A stretch of DNA of 59,958 nt, counting the filler, from Bipalium vagum (taxonomy: Eukaryota): NCBI GenBank assembly GCA_037834085.1. It is 3 parts of 3 records of this genome, joined end to end, with 100 filler letters (N's around TTAATTAATTAA, not from the genome) between each part and the next. Parts side by side here need not be neighbours in the genome. Positions count along the whole stretch, not along the records: positions 1 to 21,473 come from JBBMKC010236800.1; positions 21,574 to 41,509 come from JBBMKC010263542.1; 1 more part is not named here. One strand, 5' to 3'. Both the position numbers and the translations under genes were made by a program. The notes beneath the pieces were generated by a model. That model made no database searches and was not told the DNA's origin. It saw only the letters and a program-made list of their open reading frames with translations. Below are positions 11,583 to 23,958 of the stretch, in pieces. Within the stretch, counting starts at the first letter, position 1, and every line of letters starts with the position of its first letter.

Positions 11583-12518
11583 TGTTACAGCACTCTTACA
11601 AAATACTATAAACTGCAATTCAAAATATGACCCAAAAACAATACTTATAAAAAACTACAGATAAAAAACTAAAGATTCTTGATTATTTCCATCTACACCA
11701 ATGTTTGAGCCCTACGGAAAAGCTTTTTAACTTCCGCAATCAAAAAACTCTTTTGGTAGACGATTCTCCAGATACTACTTGACACCACAAAAATCTAAAT
11801 CGTGTGAACTGCAGGTTTCAATCGGGCTCTATCTCGGCGTGGAGATATAATTTGATTAATGGCTATTAGGGAAAATAGCTGTCTCTAAGCGTAGAGATTG
11901 GTGATGGTAGACCAATACGCCTATATAAATAGACGGCTATTCCCAGAAAGCCGCCCCGAAATTTTAGTATTGTTTATATTCGTTGGAAGTGGAAAAAATA
12001 TTCAAGACTTTTACGATTGAGAGGATTCATTACCAAAAAGACGTTATATTTCTACGAAGAAGATTTTTGTCACGAAGTGGATTATTCGAAAGATTCAGTA
12101 ATGATTTTTAGCTTATGAATCCCTAGGAGACCTGAAAAGGGCCTAGTGGACCACCCAGGGACCCCTTGTCGCTCCTGGTTTTATTTTCTTTATTTTTAGG
12201 ATTAATATAAACTTCCTTTTATCATTTTGAATTTGTGATTTTGGATTATTTGTTTTTTTCTTTGATTATCAGATAACTGAACGTATTGATTTTAGACCTT
12301 TGACGATTTTGACTGTGACTTTACGACGTGTAGTGATTGTTTTTGCGTTATTCAATAAAGTTTAATCGTGATTGTTTTCATTCAATTAGGCTGCGGATAA
12401 AGTATTATTGTGGGAGTTTTGATTCAAATCGAGTTTAAATTTGTGCAGCGACAATAGAATTACGAACGCAACACATTAAAGTGATGAGTTTTTAATATAC
12501 GAGTGCAAGTTACTTACA
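11583..12518 (+). repeat. Probable solo LTR
   Basis: Begins TGTTAC and ends TTACA, with TATA box CTATATAAAT (~11921), AATAAA (~12354) and higher GC than the flanks. No matching target-site duplication found. Confidence 0.4.
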
Positions 12519-12926
12519 AAGTATAATATTATAATCAGAAATTTAAATGCTATTCATTATAGGCCAATGGTATTGATATTTATTACTGAGATAAAGCGAG
12601 AATATTTCAGAAATGGAAATAAAGATGATTAAACATGAGACTCAATTAATAACAATCATAACTAAGTTTCTATTTTTAAAACAAACAATTTATCAAATTC
12701 AAGTTTTTTGATTTATAAAAATTGAAATGGACTTAATAATGGCTTTCCTATTGGTAAATCTCAACACAAATAAATAGCTTTAGATAGGTATACTTTTTTT
12801 TTCAAAGATTTTGAAAATAAAATTTTTTTGTTTTGCAAAATTCTTTTTTACAATGAAATATTACAATTAATTATTTTTGGGTTCATTTTTTGTTTAAGCC
12901 TAGTGCATTGTAAGTTCATTCCTACT

Positions 12927-13254
12927 TTGGTCGTCTATTTTTAGACGAAGACCTTTTAAGTATTTGAGTTGGTTTGATGTATTCTCTGCTGTAGACTTTG
13001 TGGCTTTAGAACCATCAAATGAAGCCTAATATTTAACCAGGTTAATTTATGACGATCACGTAATCATCCATAAATGAAAACCTATAACTTTTTATCGTAA
13101 TTATTATTAAATTGTTTTTCAAAATTAATGTTTAAAAATTATTTTAATTAAGATATATAATATTTCGAATTTAGTTAATTATTAGTTTTTAGGATTTTAA
13201 GTTAAAGACCAACTCCAATACGTAAAAGATCTTCGTTTAAAAATAGATGACCAA
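12927..13254. mobile_element. MITE-like element with ~50-bp terminal inverted repeats
   Basis: ttggtcgtctatttttagacgaagaccttttaagtatttgagttggt vs rc of right end ttggtcatctatttttaaacgaagatcttttacgtattggagttggt. Confidence 0.8.
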
Positions 13255-13503
13255 TTGGAACGCGCTAACTAAAAGTTATTAAAAGCTGTGATCAAATTTT
13301 GAAAAAATCATTTTATTTAATTATAAATTTCCACATAAATCAATATACAATAAAAATACTGACATTACCGCAAATATCCTCTTTCTAATAAAACTATTTT
13401 ACTAAATAAAATATTCACACATCAAACAAAGACGTGAATCGAGAGACAATAAAACGATAGCAACTCAAAATTATACATGAAAGCTTATTGACATAAAAAT
13501 TCA

Positions 13504-16404
13504 TCATTTAGATAACAGTGATATGGAATAGGAACGACCGTTGGGATTGTGAATTGCAGTGATCTCTGGTTGAGTGCAGGCCCACTCATACCAAACCGCG
13601 TGATTGTTACTGACTCTCCAAATATGGAATTTTAAAATTGACTCGGCTTTCACTTGAATCGGTTTGATGACAGGGAATACTATCGGGAACCAGGAAAACA
13701 TGTCTGGAGAATGCCAATCAGGGTGAATACCTTTAATTTGGTAAGAGATATGATCAAAAATTCTTTTTAAAAATCGTTTTATAGGCTTACTCATGGTTAT
13801 GTCTTTATAAAGAATGCAATGAAAAAATCCAGCGAATCCATGGATTACACCGTCTTCCTTGATTTCAAATTGAATGGCCTCGTATCTATCATTTGACTGC
13901 GTTAAATCCTTTCTGGGATGGTTGAACGTGAATACTGGTTGAACTGGGGCCAACAAGTGACAATTCAATAATCTCACAACATAAGGAGTTTCCATAGAGG
14001 CCTGAAAATCATTTTTAGTAATTTAATAAAATTAATTCCTTTTTCAAGATATTAAATATTCTGTTTTACTAATTTCTAATCTCATTCATTTTTTAATCAA
14101 TAAATATATAAAATATCATTCAAATACTGATATTTTTAAATAAACAAAAATAAAATTATATACATGATCTTTGATTCTATTACTTCAATTCATTTAAATT
14201 AATTAATAATGCTTACATATTTATTCTTTTTTACACATCTAGGTGCCTTTTGGTTACTCATAAACGAATACAGCTTTGTGGATTGCAAAGGAGCGATATA
14301 AGAGGTATAACTAGATGGAATCGAAATTCCACCTGGTTTCAGAAAATGTTGAGCCCCATCAAGACATTCTGGACTAAGTTCATTGTCCCCGAACGATCCC
14401 AGAAGTTCGCTAATAAAAATATCGGCTTTGGTAGGCAAAGTGACTTCTCTCATATCACCGGGAAATAACTCCACGTCTCGATCGACCCAATCTTTTTTTA
14501 CCCTCTTTGTTAGATATGAAACAGCGTTAGGGTTCTTTTCCACAATATAAATTTTCACATCACAGTTGGCTTTGTCAGCCGCTCGCAGAGCTGAGTCAAC
14601 CAACGGACCACGACCAGCTCCAAGAACCATTATTGCTACTTTTTCTTCTTCTAATGTCACAACATCTGAGCCACCGATTACACTGACAAATGTCTTTGTA
14701 TCGACTTTTTCTGTTTTGACTTTTTTTCGTCTCTCAACGACATCATTGATGGCCAACACCGTGGCTTTTTCGTACGCATCGTACTTGTATGGATCCAGCT
14801 CAAAGATCGAATACGTGGAACTGGGTAAGTGATCAGCTAGTGGCTGGAGAGGATCTTGCAAAAAATCTTCCATGTCTTTACTGTGCTTTTCATACGCTGT
14901 CATCGGGTCGCGATTTGTCCACAGCCATGTGAGATATTGTCGGTAAGACAAGTAACCGTGGGGATTGGAAACATCACCGGACACGACAACTTGTATTTTC
15001 ATCTGAGGTTCGATAATAAATAGTTTAAGAATTTAGTGAAAGAAAATACCTTGAAAAATCGATTTATCAATTGTTGACATGCTGTCGATAATACTGGATA
15101 TCCTTTCTTGTTTGTCAGAAATCGATCGGTTTTAATTTCCAGTGCTGCAATCGGTTCCGAGTACCAATGATTAATTACATTCTCTGACATGTCGCATTTT
15201 GGAATCGTCAACATAAGTTTGAAATTATGGATGGAATCTCCAAGTAAAATTGAGAACTCGCGCCACCAATCCAATGGCGTATTTTCTATATCTATTTTTG
15301 GCAAAAATTGGTTACAACAATATTATAAACGAAACAATTACCTTTGTTCCCGTTGATGCAATCAAATTCGCTTTCGTAGCACATTGGTATTCCTATCCAA
15401 ACCTAATGAAAAATTTGAATTTATGGAAAATGAATTTAAATGTTATTTTAAAAAATCTTACTCTAAAGGAAATATAATCATTTGACATGAAACTTGCTAA
15501 TACTCGTGCTAAGTTAGCATTGTTTCCTTTAGTCAGTCTGATAAGCACAGCTGGAAATCCTTGATAGGATGCCCATTCTAATTCCTCTATTAGAGCCTTT
15601 AAAAAAATTATCGTGTGGTTTTATAAATATTTATTTTACTTTTTCCGATGTTTTGCGAAAACTTGGAAGATGATGATCCAAGTCTATCCATGATGATGTT
15701 TTGGCCACAAGTCCATTAATTATCGACGAGTCTGAATAAAAATTAATAAGGAAACGAAATATAAAATATCAAGCATGCTAAATTTTATTATACCACTGTT
15801 CAATATTTTGTCAGTTCTAGAGAAAGTCTATTCGATTGAACAGAAAAATGTAAGCTTGCTTTTCTTAAATTTCAGTTAATATCAACTGATAACAATATTT
15901 TACTTCATCAAACAAAGCTAATTAATAATCATCTATATGTAAAATTAAAAGGCTAATTTATGTTTAACTCATGTTATGCTTATTAAGAATTTAAATAAAA
16001 TTTTGTTTCTTAGATTTTATATATAAAAAATAATTTCAAATAAAGAACGTTAAGAGCACTATTATTGTAACACTAAAATTATTCATTCAGAAAAAATTAA
16101 ATAAGCACGTGGCTCCACAAGATCAATAAAACTAATTAAGGCCTTATGTAAAATATTCAATCCTTACTATTGGTTTGTAGGAAGTTAAGTCCAGATGATT
16201 TTTCAGTTCTTGAATCAATATCAATATTTGAGTTAAACCTTTCAGAACCTTTATAGATATCAGCGAAAATAAAACCGTACCTAAATACAACTTAGTTTAA
16301 GATTTTATCAACTTAATCTACCCTAAAGAGCACGCCCATCTGTGATCATCTTCAATATTTTCGACTAACTGAATATCAGCTCCAAACAATGATTTTACGT
16401 TCAT
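13504..16404 (-). CDS. PRMT5: Protein arginine N-methyltransferase 5 (multi-exon)
   Basis: ATG at 16404. TIM-barrel exons (FSRTDKIL, AKTSSWIDLD, EELEWASY, FLTNKKGYPVLS), Rossmann fold (PLQPLADHL..TY.IFE.DPYKY, MVLGAGRGPLV, SELLGSFGDNELSPECLDGAQ) and beta-barrel (HGFAGFF, MFSWFPI, HNPNGRSYSI). GT-AG introns, e.g. 16281-16321, 15003-15049, 14002-14216, 13731-13790. Confidence 0.97.
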
Positions 16405-18454
16405 CGTGAATTTTAAATTATAAATTACTTAAAACAAATTAAGCTAAAATGGTTAATATAAATTTTATTTACATATCTTTTATTAAAAATATTATAGTAT
16501 AAATTCTCTTTATACATTAATTGTAATATGAACAATTTAGAAATAGAATTTTTTCGATGTTTTTATGTCAATAATAAAAATAAATTTATCAAAAGTATAT
16601 TTTCAAATTATATTTGTAGAAATCTGATAAATTACAAAAAACAATATATTGCTATGTAGTGGCAGCTAATTCTAGTGTTAATTAACTAATGATTCCAAAA
16701 CCAATGAATAGGAAGTTTGAAATCATGCGTTTATTTCAGAGTAGATGTTTACTATGGAATATGGTGTTTAAAATTTTCTTTCTTTTAAGTCTTCGCCCGC
16801 CTCTTAGAATGTTGCTCGCGAATATCAGTCTTTCCTTTGATATCAGAATGCTCAATTTATTGGTTTGGTTATCCTGGTGTGGGGCTTGTACACTGATCAA
16901 TCTAAATGATTTTATTTTCCTCACATTATTCTATTGATAGGATTCTCAAATATGTTGGGTTTTGGAGCAATAATAATGGTAATAGTAATTATACTAATAT
17001 TGAAAATAATAATTAGTAGTAATAATAAAAATTAATTATATTACTTTATTTGGAAAGTTAATAATAATAATAATTTCTAATTATTAATAATAATAATGAT
17101 AATAATAATAATAATTTTTTTATTAATAATAATATTTTTTTTATTAATAATAATAATTTTTTAAATAGATTTTTTTCGTGTCATTTTTATAATGACAAAA
17201 TCCCGCTGTGGGATTATTTTTTGATGAAGCTAATGGATTCCTATTGGACCCTATGACCTCTAGGGTAATTTTGAAATCTATCTCCGGAAGACTTTGATTG
17301 AATCAATTCAAAAAGATCACAATTGAATGAAGATAGGGAAGTTCATTTAGCATTTCAAGACTTTACTTAACAAGCTATTATATCTTTTAAATGATAGTAT
17401 GACCAAAGTAAACTGCTCATAGACATGGTTTTCTACAAGGCTGTGCATAATTTCCGTTCCTGCTTCATTTTTAGAATGAGTCATTCCATAAAAACCATGT
17501 CTCGAAAATCCTCGCAGAACAGAATCAGTAGGCAACACGGGATTCAATCTGATTATTTGTCGTTCACTGTTTTTCATTGTGAGATTATCGGAATTCCAAT
17601 GAAACAGAATCATGTAGAACCACGTAAGACAATACAATGATTATTACAATGGCAATATAAGACTGATTTTAAAAAAAAGCATTGTCTTTATAAACAATCA
17701 TGATTTTGGGCCCTAAAGAGGACCTTATTTCGTTCTCAAAATTTAACTTACAAAAATTAATGTATATTAACAAAAGGTGACCATGAAAAAATCAGGCACC
17801 TAGTTTATATATTAACCGACTAGATAAACAAAAGTGACCCTGGGAGTATGAGAACGGAATTTTAACCCAAAAGGATTTTTTAAATGATACTATCACAAAA
17901 ATAACAAATGATAATGAATACCTTTATAAATCAATAAATAATATTAAAATTAAATTAAAAAGTTTATTTGCAGTTGATAATTATAAAAACATGTATGAAA
18001 AAATTACACCTATAGTCTGTTGGTATTCTTCTTGGAAATTTTCAACAGTAGATATTATAAATTCCAAAAACTTGTAAATCAATTTAACAAAGTTAGGATA
18101 TTTGGTTGGAGAAAATTCTTTTTTCAAAAAGAGAATTTACAAAAATATTAATTGCTGACAAAAGTTAATACATTATCAACAATGTTATAAATTTTGGAAA
18201 GAGTTTCATAATGCACTACAAAGTGGTTTTATAATAAATGAAAAACCTTCAATAGATTTTAATATACAACCTATTTTACCATCTTTAACTTTGGATTTAA
18301 ATACTTCTAATTTAACGAAATCCATTACTCCATCAATTATAGGTAACACATTAATAATAAATAAAATCCCAGTTTTAATTATTAAAGAAAAAGAAATAGC
18401 ATTTTTAAAGTATAGTAATCCAAATGATCCAAAATCAGATAAATTTTATAATTC

Positions 18455-19720
18455 TTTCCCCATTCGCATTTTGTGGGTTTTATTATAAAACCTGCTATTT
18501 TAATCCTCTTTAACACTTCTTCCATGTCTCTCATATGTGTTTCAAAATCTGGGGAAAAAACGATGATGTCATCTATATATACCATGGCATGAGCAATATA
18601 TATTAACATGAGATTTATAGCTCTTTGAAATGTTGCAGGTGCTTCTTTAAGACCGAATGGCATGTTGTTAAATTCATACAAGCCATTTTCAGTTATAAAT
18701 GCTGTTGCTTCTCGTGATTGCTCGGCTACTTTGATGTTTATATAACCTGATTGTAGGTCAGTTGTGGTAAACAGTTTTAGCTGTCCTCAATCACTGGAAG
18801 TAAGTAGTTATCTTTTACGGTGACTTCGTTCAGTTTAAGGTTATCGATGCATACATGCCATTCACCACACTTCTTTTTTACTTCTATCGTTGGTGAAGAC
18901 CAGGGTGATGAACTGGGGCTGATAATACCTGTTTCTAGCCAGTAAGCTATTTGCTTATCCGCCTCTGGTTTTAAAGTGTGCGGGGTACGGTAAGCACGTT
19001 GGTTAATTGGTTGTGGATTGGTGATGCGTATTTCGTGTTGTAAGATATTGGATGTGCCGACATCAAATTCATGTTTAGCAAATGCATCTCAATAAATTCT
19101 TAACAACTGGATAAATTGCTTTTGTTGAATGCATGTAAGGGTAGGTGTAGTGACTTGAACCGGTCCATAGATATTTTTGGCTGGAGTTGTAGTATCTGTG
19201 TGTGGAACATATTCATTAATAGTTCCCACTCTCATACCTTGATGTATTTTTCGTGGCAGTGTCAAAATTTTTTATTCATGTGGGGATTCGGTTACGATTT
19301 ACTACAGCCAAGGTTGCTTGTGTTGTTAAAGTGTTGCTCTTAACAAATCTCTCCGATTGTTCAAAAATCATCTCTTGTCCATTCGGCAGATTTGTATCTA
19401 GTATGAATATTTGTTCATGTCGTTTATGGCTTTGTCTAGAACAATAGCTATGTGATCTTCATTTCTTACCGCATTTTTATATCGTCTTGGGTGTATCTTG
19501 TATTTGTATCTTCATATACAATCCTGCAGAATGATGAATCCTTTTCTGTCTACCACAGCTGGACTCAAAATTTGTAATTTTTGGTGCATATCGTTGATTT
19601 GCTGACAGTAACTGTTGGACGCTGAACTGTTTTGTTCACGCTTCCTATGCCCCATACTGCATTAATATTTAGTGCTGTTTCCGCAGCGCTTCTGCTTAAC
19701 TTGAACTCATAAAAATATAT
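18455..19720 (-). mobile_element. Degenerate Ty3/Gypsy LTR retrotransposon fragment (gag remnant plus reverse transcriptase)
   Basis: QPINQRAYRTP, GIISPSSSPWSSP, TDLQSGY, TAFITENGLYEFNNMPFGLKEAPATFQR, VYIDDIIVFS, IKPTKCEW. It is truncated after RT, and the gag part is weakly supported. Confidence 0.9.
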
Positions 19721-20099
19721 TTTACGGAAGTCCTTTTTCGAAATCTAAAACACAGTTTTCATTTCTAAATAAATTATGAAATATTTAAATTTTACTTTAA
19801 ATTATTTTTTAATTATTGCTCTTAAACAAGTGAATATTAGTAAGAATAACAATTAGATTTTAAAAAGTGTATTGTTTAGTTACAAAATGCTTTAGTTAAA
19901 CAATGCAAAAAGATGCATTATTTTTGTACAAACCTAATATTAATGTCAATGTATAACAAACTTTAGCTATAAATTCAAATTATTGCGATATTTAATAATA
20001 AAATGATTGATTTAAGCTAACAGAGAAAACTAATGCATATATCTCTTAATTGTAAGAAATGATAGTAAAATAAATAAGTAATTACATGTTTCTGTTTTT

Positions 20100-20292
20100 C
20101 TAGGGATGGTCAATAATTATGCACACCTGAAAAATAAATTTTGTAAATTCCAAATGAAGAAGTTCAAAACTATATTTTATAAGTGCGAAAAAATAATATC
20201 TAACATTTTCCGAAAAAAATATTTAAAAGAAAAGTTATTTATATTGAAAAATTGACATTTTTAGGGTGGTCAAAAAATTTTTTCATCAGTAT
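20100..20292. mobile_element. Probable single end of an IR-DR Tc1-like element
   Basis: Direct repeats tagggatggtcaataa (~20101) and tagggtggtcaaaaa (~20262), ending CAGTA-TA. The partner end was not found. Confidence 0.4.
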
Positions 20293-21473
20293 AGTAATTT
20301 TAAGGAGTAAGATAAATTTAATAAATGATATAATGAATAGAAACGTTTTTAATTAGTACAATGATTAACTGAAAATACCGGAACAATGATAATAGCCATC
20401 TCCTTGTAAACGATAACTGTTTGGCAAATCTATATTTTCTCCTCTTTTTTCTTTTCTTCTGGGTGGCATTCTTGAAATAGCCATCTCTATATAGTCGTAC
20501 AGATTGTTCTACAATTAATAATCCCTACGCTTTGAGACGCTTATTTCCTTCAATAGCCCATTATTTTAATTTTATCTCCACCCCGAGATGAAGTTAGTGA
20601 AATAATTAGAATTCATTGACCCGACGGCGGGACACAACTTATAAAAGAATCAAATCATCAATATCATATTCCTCAAATATATCAAAATTTCGACTATAAA
20701 TATAATTTTTATCATTCACCATCTTAGCGGTTTGTGCCTTTGAAAAACCCAACACTTGATATACACTTGTGGAGACTCCCACCTACTGACCAACCAATTC
20801 AAAACCCTTCAAAAACTTCGATCCCAAAGCAATCCAAATCTTCGAAACAATAACATTATTGATTTTAAACATTTTAGTGATTATTTAGTAATTCATTTGA
20901 TGTATAAAAAACAATATATAATTTGTGTAATTTTATTTATTTATTTATTTGTAAAAGTTAAAACCCGGAATTTGATTTTAATAATTCTCTTTCTCGTCTG
21001 TTTAATATCAAAATATAAAATAGAATATAAAATATAAAACAAAATAATAAAATAATAAATATAAAATATAAAAATTAGTATCATTATAATTAATTTAAAA
21101 AATAATCATTTTGATGATTAATTTATATAATATTTAGAAAAAATTGTTTAGAAATAAAAAGTTACTATAAATAATTTTTTCAGTAAAAATTTTAATCAAT
21201 GTTACTATAAATAAATTTATAAGGAGAAATTTTAACTGAAAATCTAAAAATAGTAACACAGAGTTACTATAATTAAAAATATAAAAAAATAAAATAATAT
21301 AAATACTGAAGTATTTCAGTAGTGACACATAAAAAATAGTCACAAGAAGGACAATAATAAATACGAAAAACAGTTGGAAGCAATAAAGCGGTCAGGAAGA
21401 AAACCCGAAGAATTCCAGAGAAAAGCAGAACAATTATCAGCCATATTTGGGGACATTTCTCAATCCTATTCGA

Positions 21474-21573
21474 NNNNNNNNNNNNNNNNNNNNNNNNNNN
21501 NNNNNNNNNNNNNNNNNTTAATTAATTAANNNNNNNNNNNNNNNNNNNNNNNNNNNNNNNNNNNNNNNNNNNN
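21474..21573. other. Artificial contig-joining spacer
   Basis: N44-TTAATTAATTAA-N44, exactly 100 bp, with stop codons in all six frames. Confidence 0.97.
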
Positions 21574-21779
21574 TAGTATAGTATTTTATATATCTGATAT
21601 CCAGTAATATAATATAAGTTGGCTTATAATTTAAAATTATAAGACTGACTTCGACATAAGTAAATACATTGTTATTATATTTATTTTCATATATTTTAAA
21701 TAACCAATTGTGTTTTGCAGCCAGAACATAAATTGTAGTAAATAATAATAATTAAATTCTCAGACCAGGATCTGAGAAT

Positions 21780-22150
21780 TAAATAATTTTTTAAGAATCA
21801 TTTTCTTAGTTATACCTTTTATGGTTTTCTGTTCGTATTTCACACGCTAAGTAGGGCGGTGAAATACATTTGTTTTTCTTTATTGAGGACCTCTGAGCAT
21901 AAGAGCGAAAGGATTTTTATAATTAATAAATATAAATAATAAAATCATTTTTTATATTAAAAAAGAAAATCGGTCAGAATTGTCTCAACCATTGTAATTT
22001 AATAACGATTTGAATAAAAGTATTAAATCAAAATTTGTTTTCTCAGTGAATTTTAATTAAAACGAACACGCACAAAAGCAACCTTCAACCGTTGAGACCT
22101 AAGTCATTACACGCTCCGATCTTTGACAACCTTTTTAACCATCAACTTAG
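21780..22150 (+). repeat. LTR-like repeat fragment related to 6480-6870
   Basis: Shared AAGTAGGGCGG, GAGG.C.CT..AGCA and GCAACCTT..TTACAC motifs in the same order. Confidence 0.4.
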
Positions 22151-22164
22151 GATCTTAACAGTTC

Positions 22165-22556
22165 TTTGTTGCGAAATTTCCAAGAATTAGTGATACTAAG
22201 CTGAAGGAAAGAATTTTAGTTCGATTCTAACTAATCATGAACGAGGAGCATATGTGAAATTTCAGTGGATATTTAAAAAATGTTATTGTAAACCAGAAGT
22301 ATAAGATAATACAGTAGAAAGAAATGTTCATTTTCATTAATTAAAATTATAACATTTTTGAAATCTGCACCCAAAACTGATCTAGAAATACAATTTTTTG
22401 TTAACCATTGTAAATACCAATATCTATTCTGCCAAACGAATCTTCAATGAGACCCATGAAGATGAACTATGAGTAAAAATAAATTTATTGATTTAAGTTG
22501 TAGACTTTAAAATTCTTTTAAAAGAATGCAATTAAGCACATTTCATGGTTAACGTG
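22165..22556 (+). mobile_element. Highly degenerate CMC/Chapaev3-like transposase 3' fragment
   Basis: KFPRISDTKLKERILV resembles KFPxLSDAKLKEGIFVGP. Possible terminus ...GTTAACGTG. Confidence 0.45.
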
Positions 22557-23958
22557 CAATGATTTTAGCTGAATACAAAATCTGCAATAAAAAATAATGT
22601 AATCAGTATTTTTGCATGAAGAGAGATTATAACATTTAACTTAAAACGGAGTATAATTTTCGAATTACAATTTCATAATTTATACTACCATTTCTGCAAG
22701 CGAGACATACACAGTTATCGAAAATATGAAAAATCAAATTTCTTGGCTCTCATTATAGATTTAAAAAACCATATTAATAAAATTAATCTAATGTTACCCT
22801 AAAGATAATTATTAACCTTTAAGTCAATAAAATTGTTATCATATTCATCTCAAATTAATAAATAAAATTTAAACAAAATATTGCAACTTGAGAAAACTAA
22901 GTCCAAGAACGTATACTTATTTCTAAAAACAAAAAATGGAAAATTTTAAAATTATTAGTGAAAATAAATCAAATATCTCTATCATTATCATCATGGTTAA
23001 TATCTTATCATCACGACAGTCCCATGCAATCACCAATCGATATTTATATGAATATTGTTTTGTTAGAAAACAGAAAAAAGTATGTCAAAATACAATAATT
23101 AAAAGTTTCAGCTTCACCATCTGAAGGACAAAAAAGGTTTTCGACTAACAGTGACCAATTGAGATGAGGCAGTGATTGGACTGTGTAATATGGAAATATA
23201 TATATGAGAGCCAAATTTATTAAATCTCTGTACAAACTCAAATTCAATACACAAATTTTTGGGTGTTTGTGTGTGTGTGATATTATCATCTGCAGTTTGA
23301 CAAAAATAAAAGATTCTCTCGACAGAACGAAAAACACATAAAAAAAGATAACCCAATAAATGACACAACTCAAATCCACGATAATATATGAATGAAGCCA
23401 GGTGAAAACTGCCAATCGAACAGCGATAAAACATCAATATTAATGATAATAACAACAATAAAAAATAATAATAACAGTGGTATCATTTTAGGATCAGTAA
23501 ACTTGGAAACATTTTTTATCGATATCTTCAATAATCAATAATAAATAGAAAATTTCACATTCATACCGACACAGAAAAACGAAAAAATCTTTACACATGT
23601 AATACTTTAAAAATAGAACTTTTATAGATCGATGGAGAAACCGGTAGATATAAATATAAACGATGAAAATCTTTGTTCCAAATAGTTTACCAATGAAATC
23701 TTTAAGAGGTCTCTCCTCTCTGGGCTCTATAGTTAAAAATATATATGAGGCGAGCTTTGTGCTGACAATGGGAAACAAAAAGTGAATGTCATCCTTTATC
23801 ATCTCACTAAATGCTCTCTCTTTCATTTATCTTTTTAATCAATATTAACACACACACAACATGCTTTATAAATTCTATTAATAGTAACAACACTCAGAAA
23901 TCTCTTCTCTCGCTCTGTATCTGTCTGTCTTTTAATTGACGATCGAAGGACAAGGAAC

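Noticed and set aside
14250-14832. Plus-strand ORFs overlapping PRMT5 (likewise over CLASP and the protocadherin)
   Set aside because: Antisense shadows of real coding exons.
17347-17640. 96-aa minus ORF with RLNPVLPTD, faintly like a Gypsy integrase C-terminus
   Set aside because: A single weak motif is insufficient to call.
21518-21529. Perfect palindrome TTAATTAATTAA occurring twice between N runs
   Set aside because: Synthetic assembly linker, not biology.
22936-23826. Several 60-120 aa ORFs downstream of CLASP
   Set aside because: Low-complexity hydrophobic translations typical of an AT-rich 3' UTR, with no motifs.
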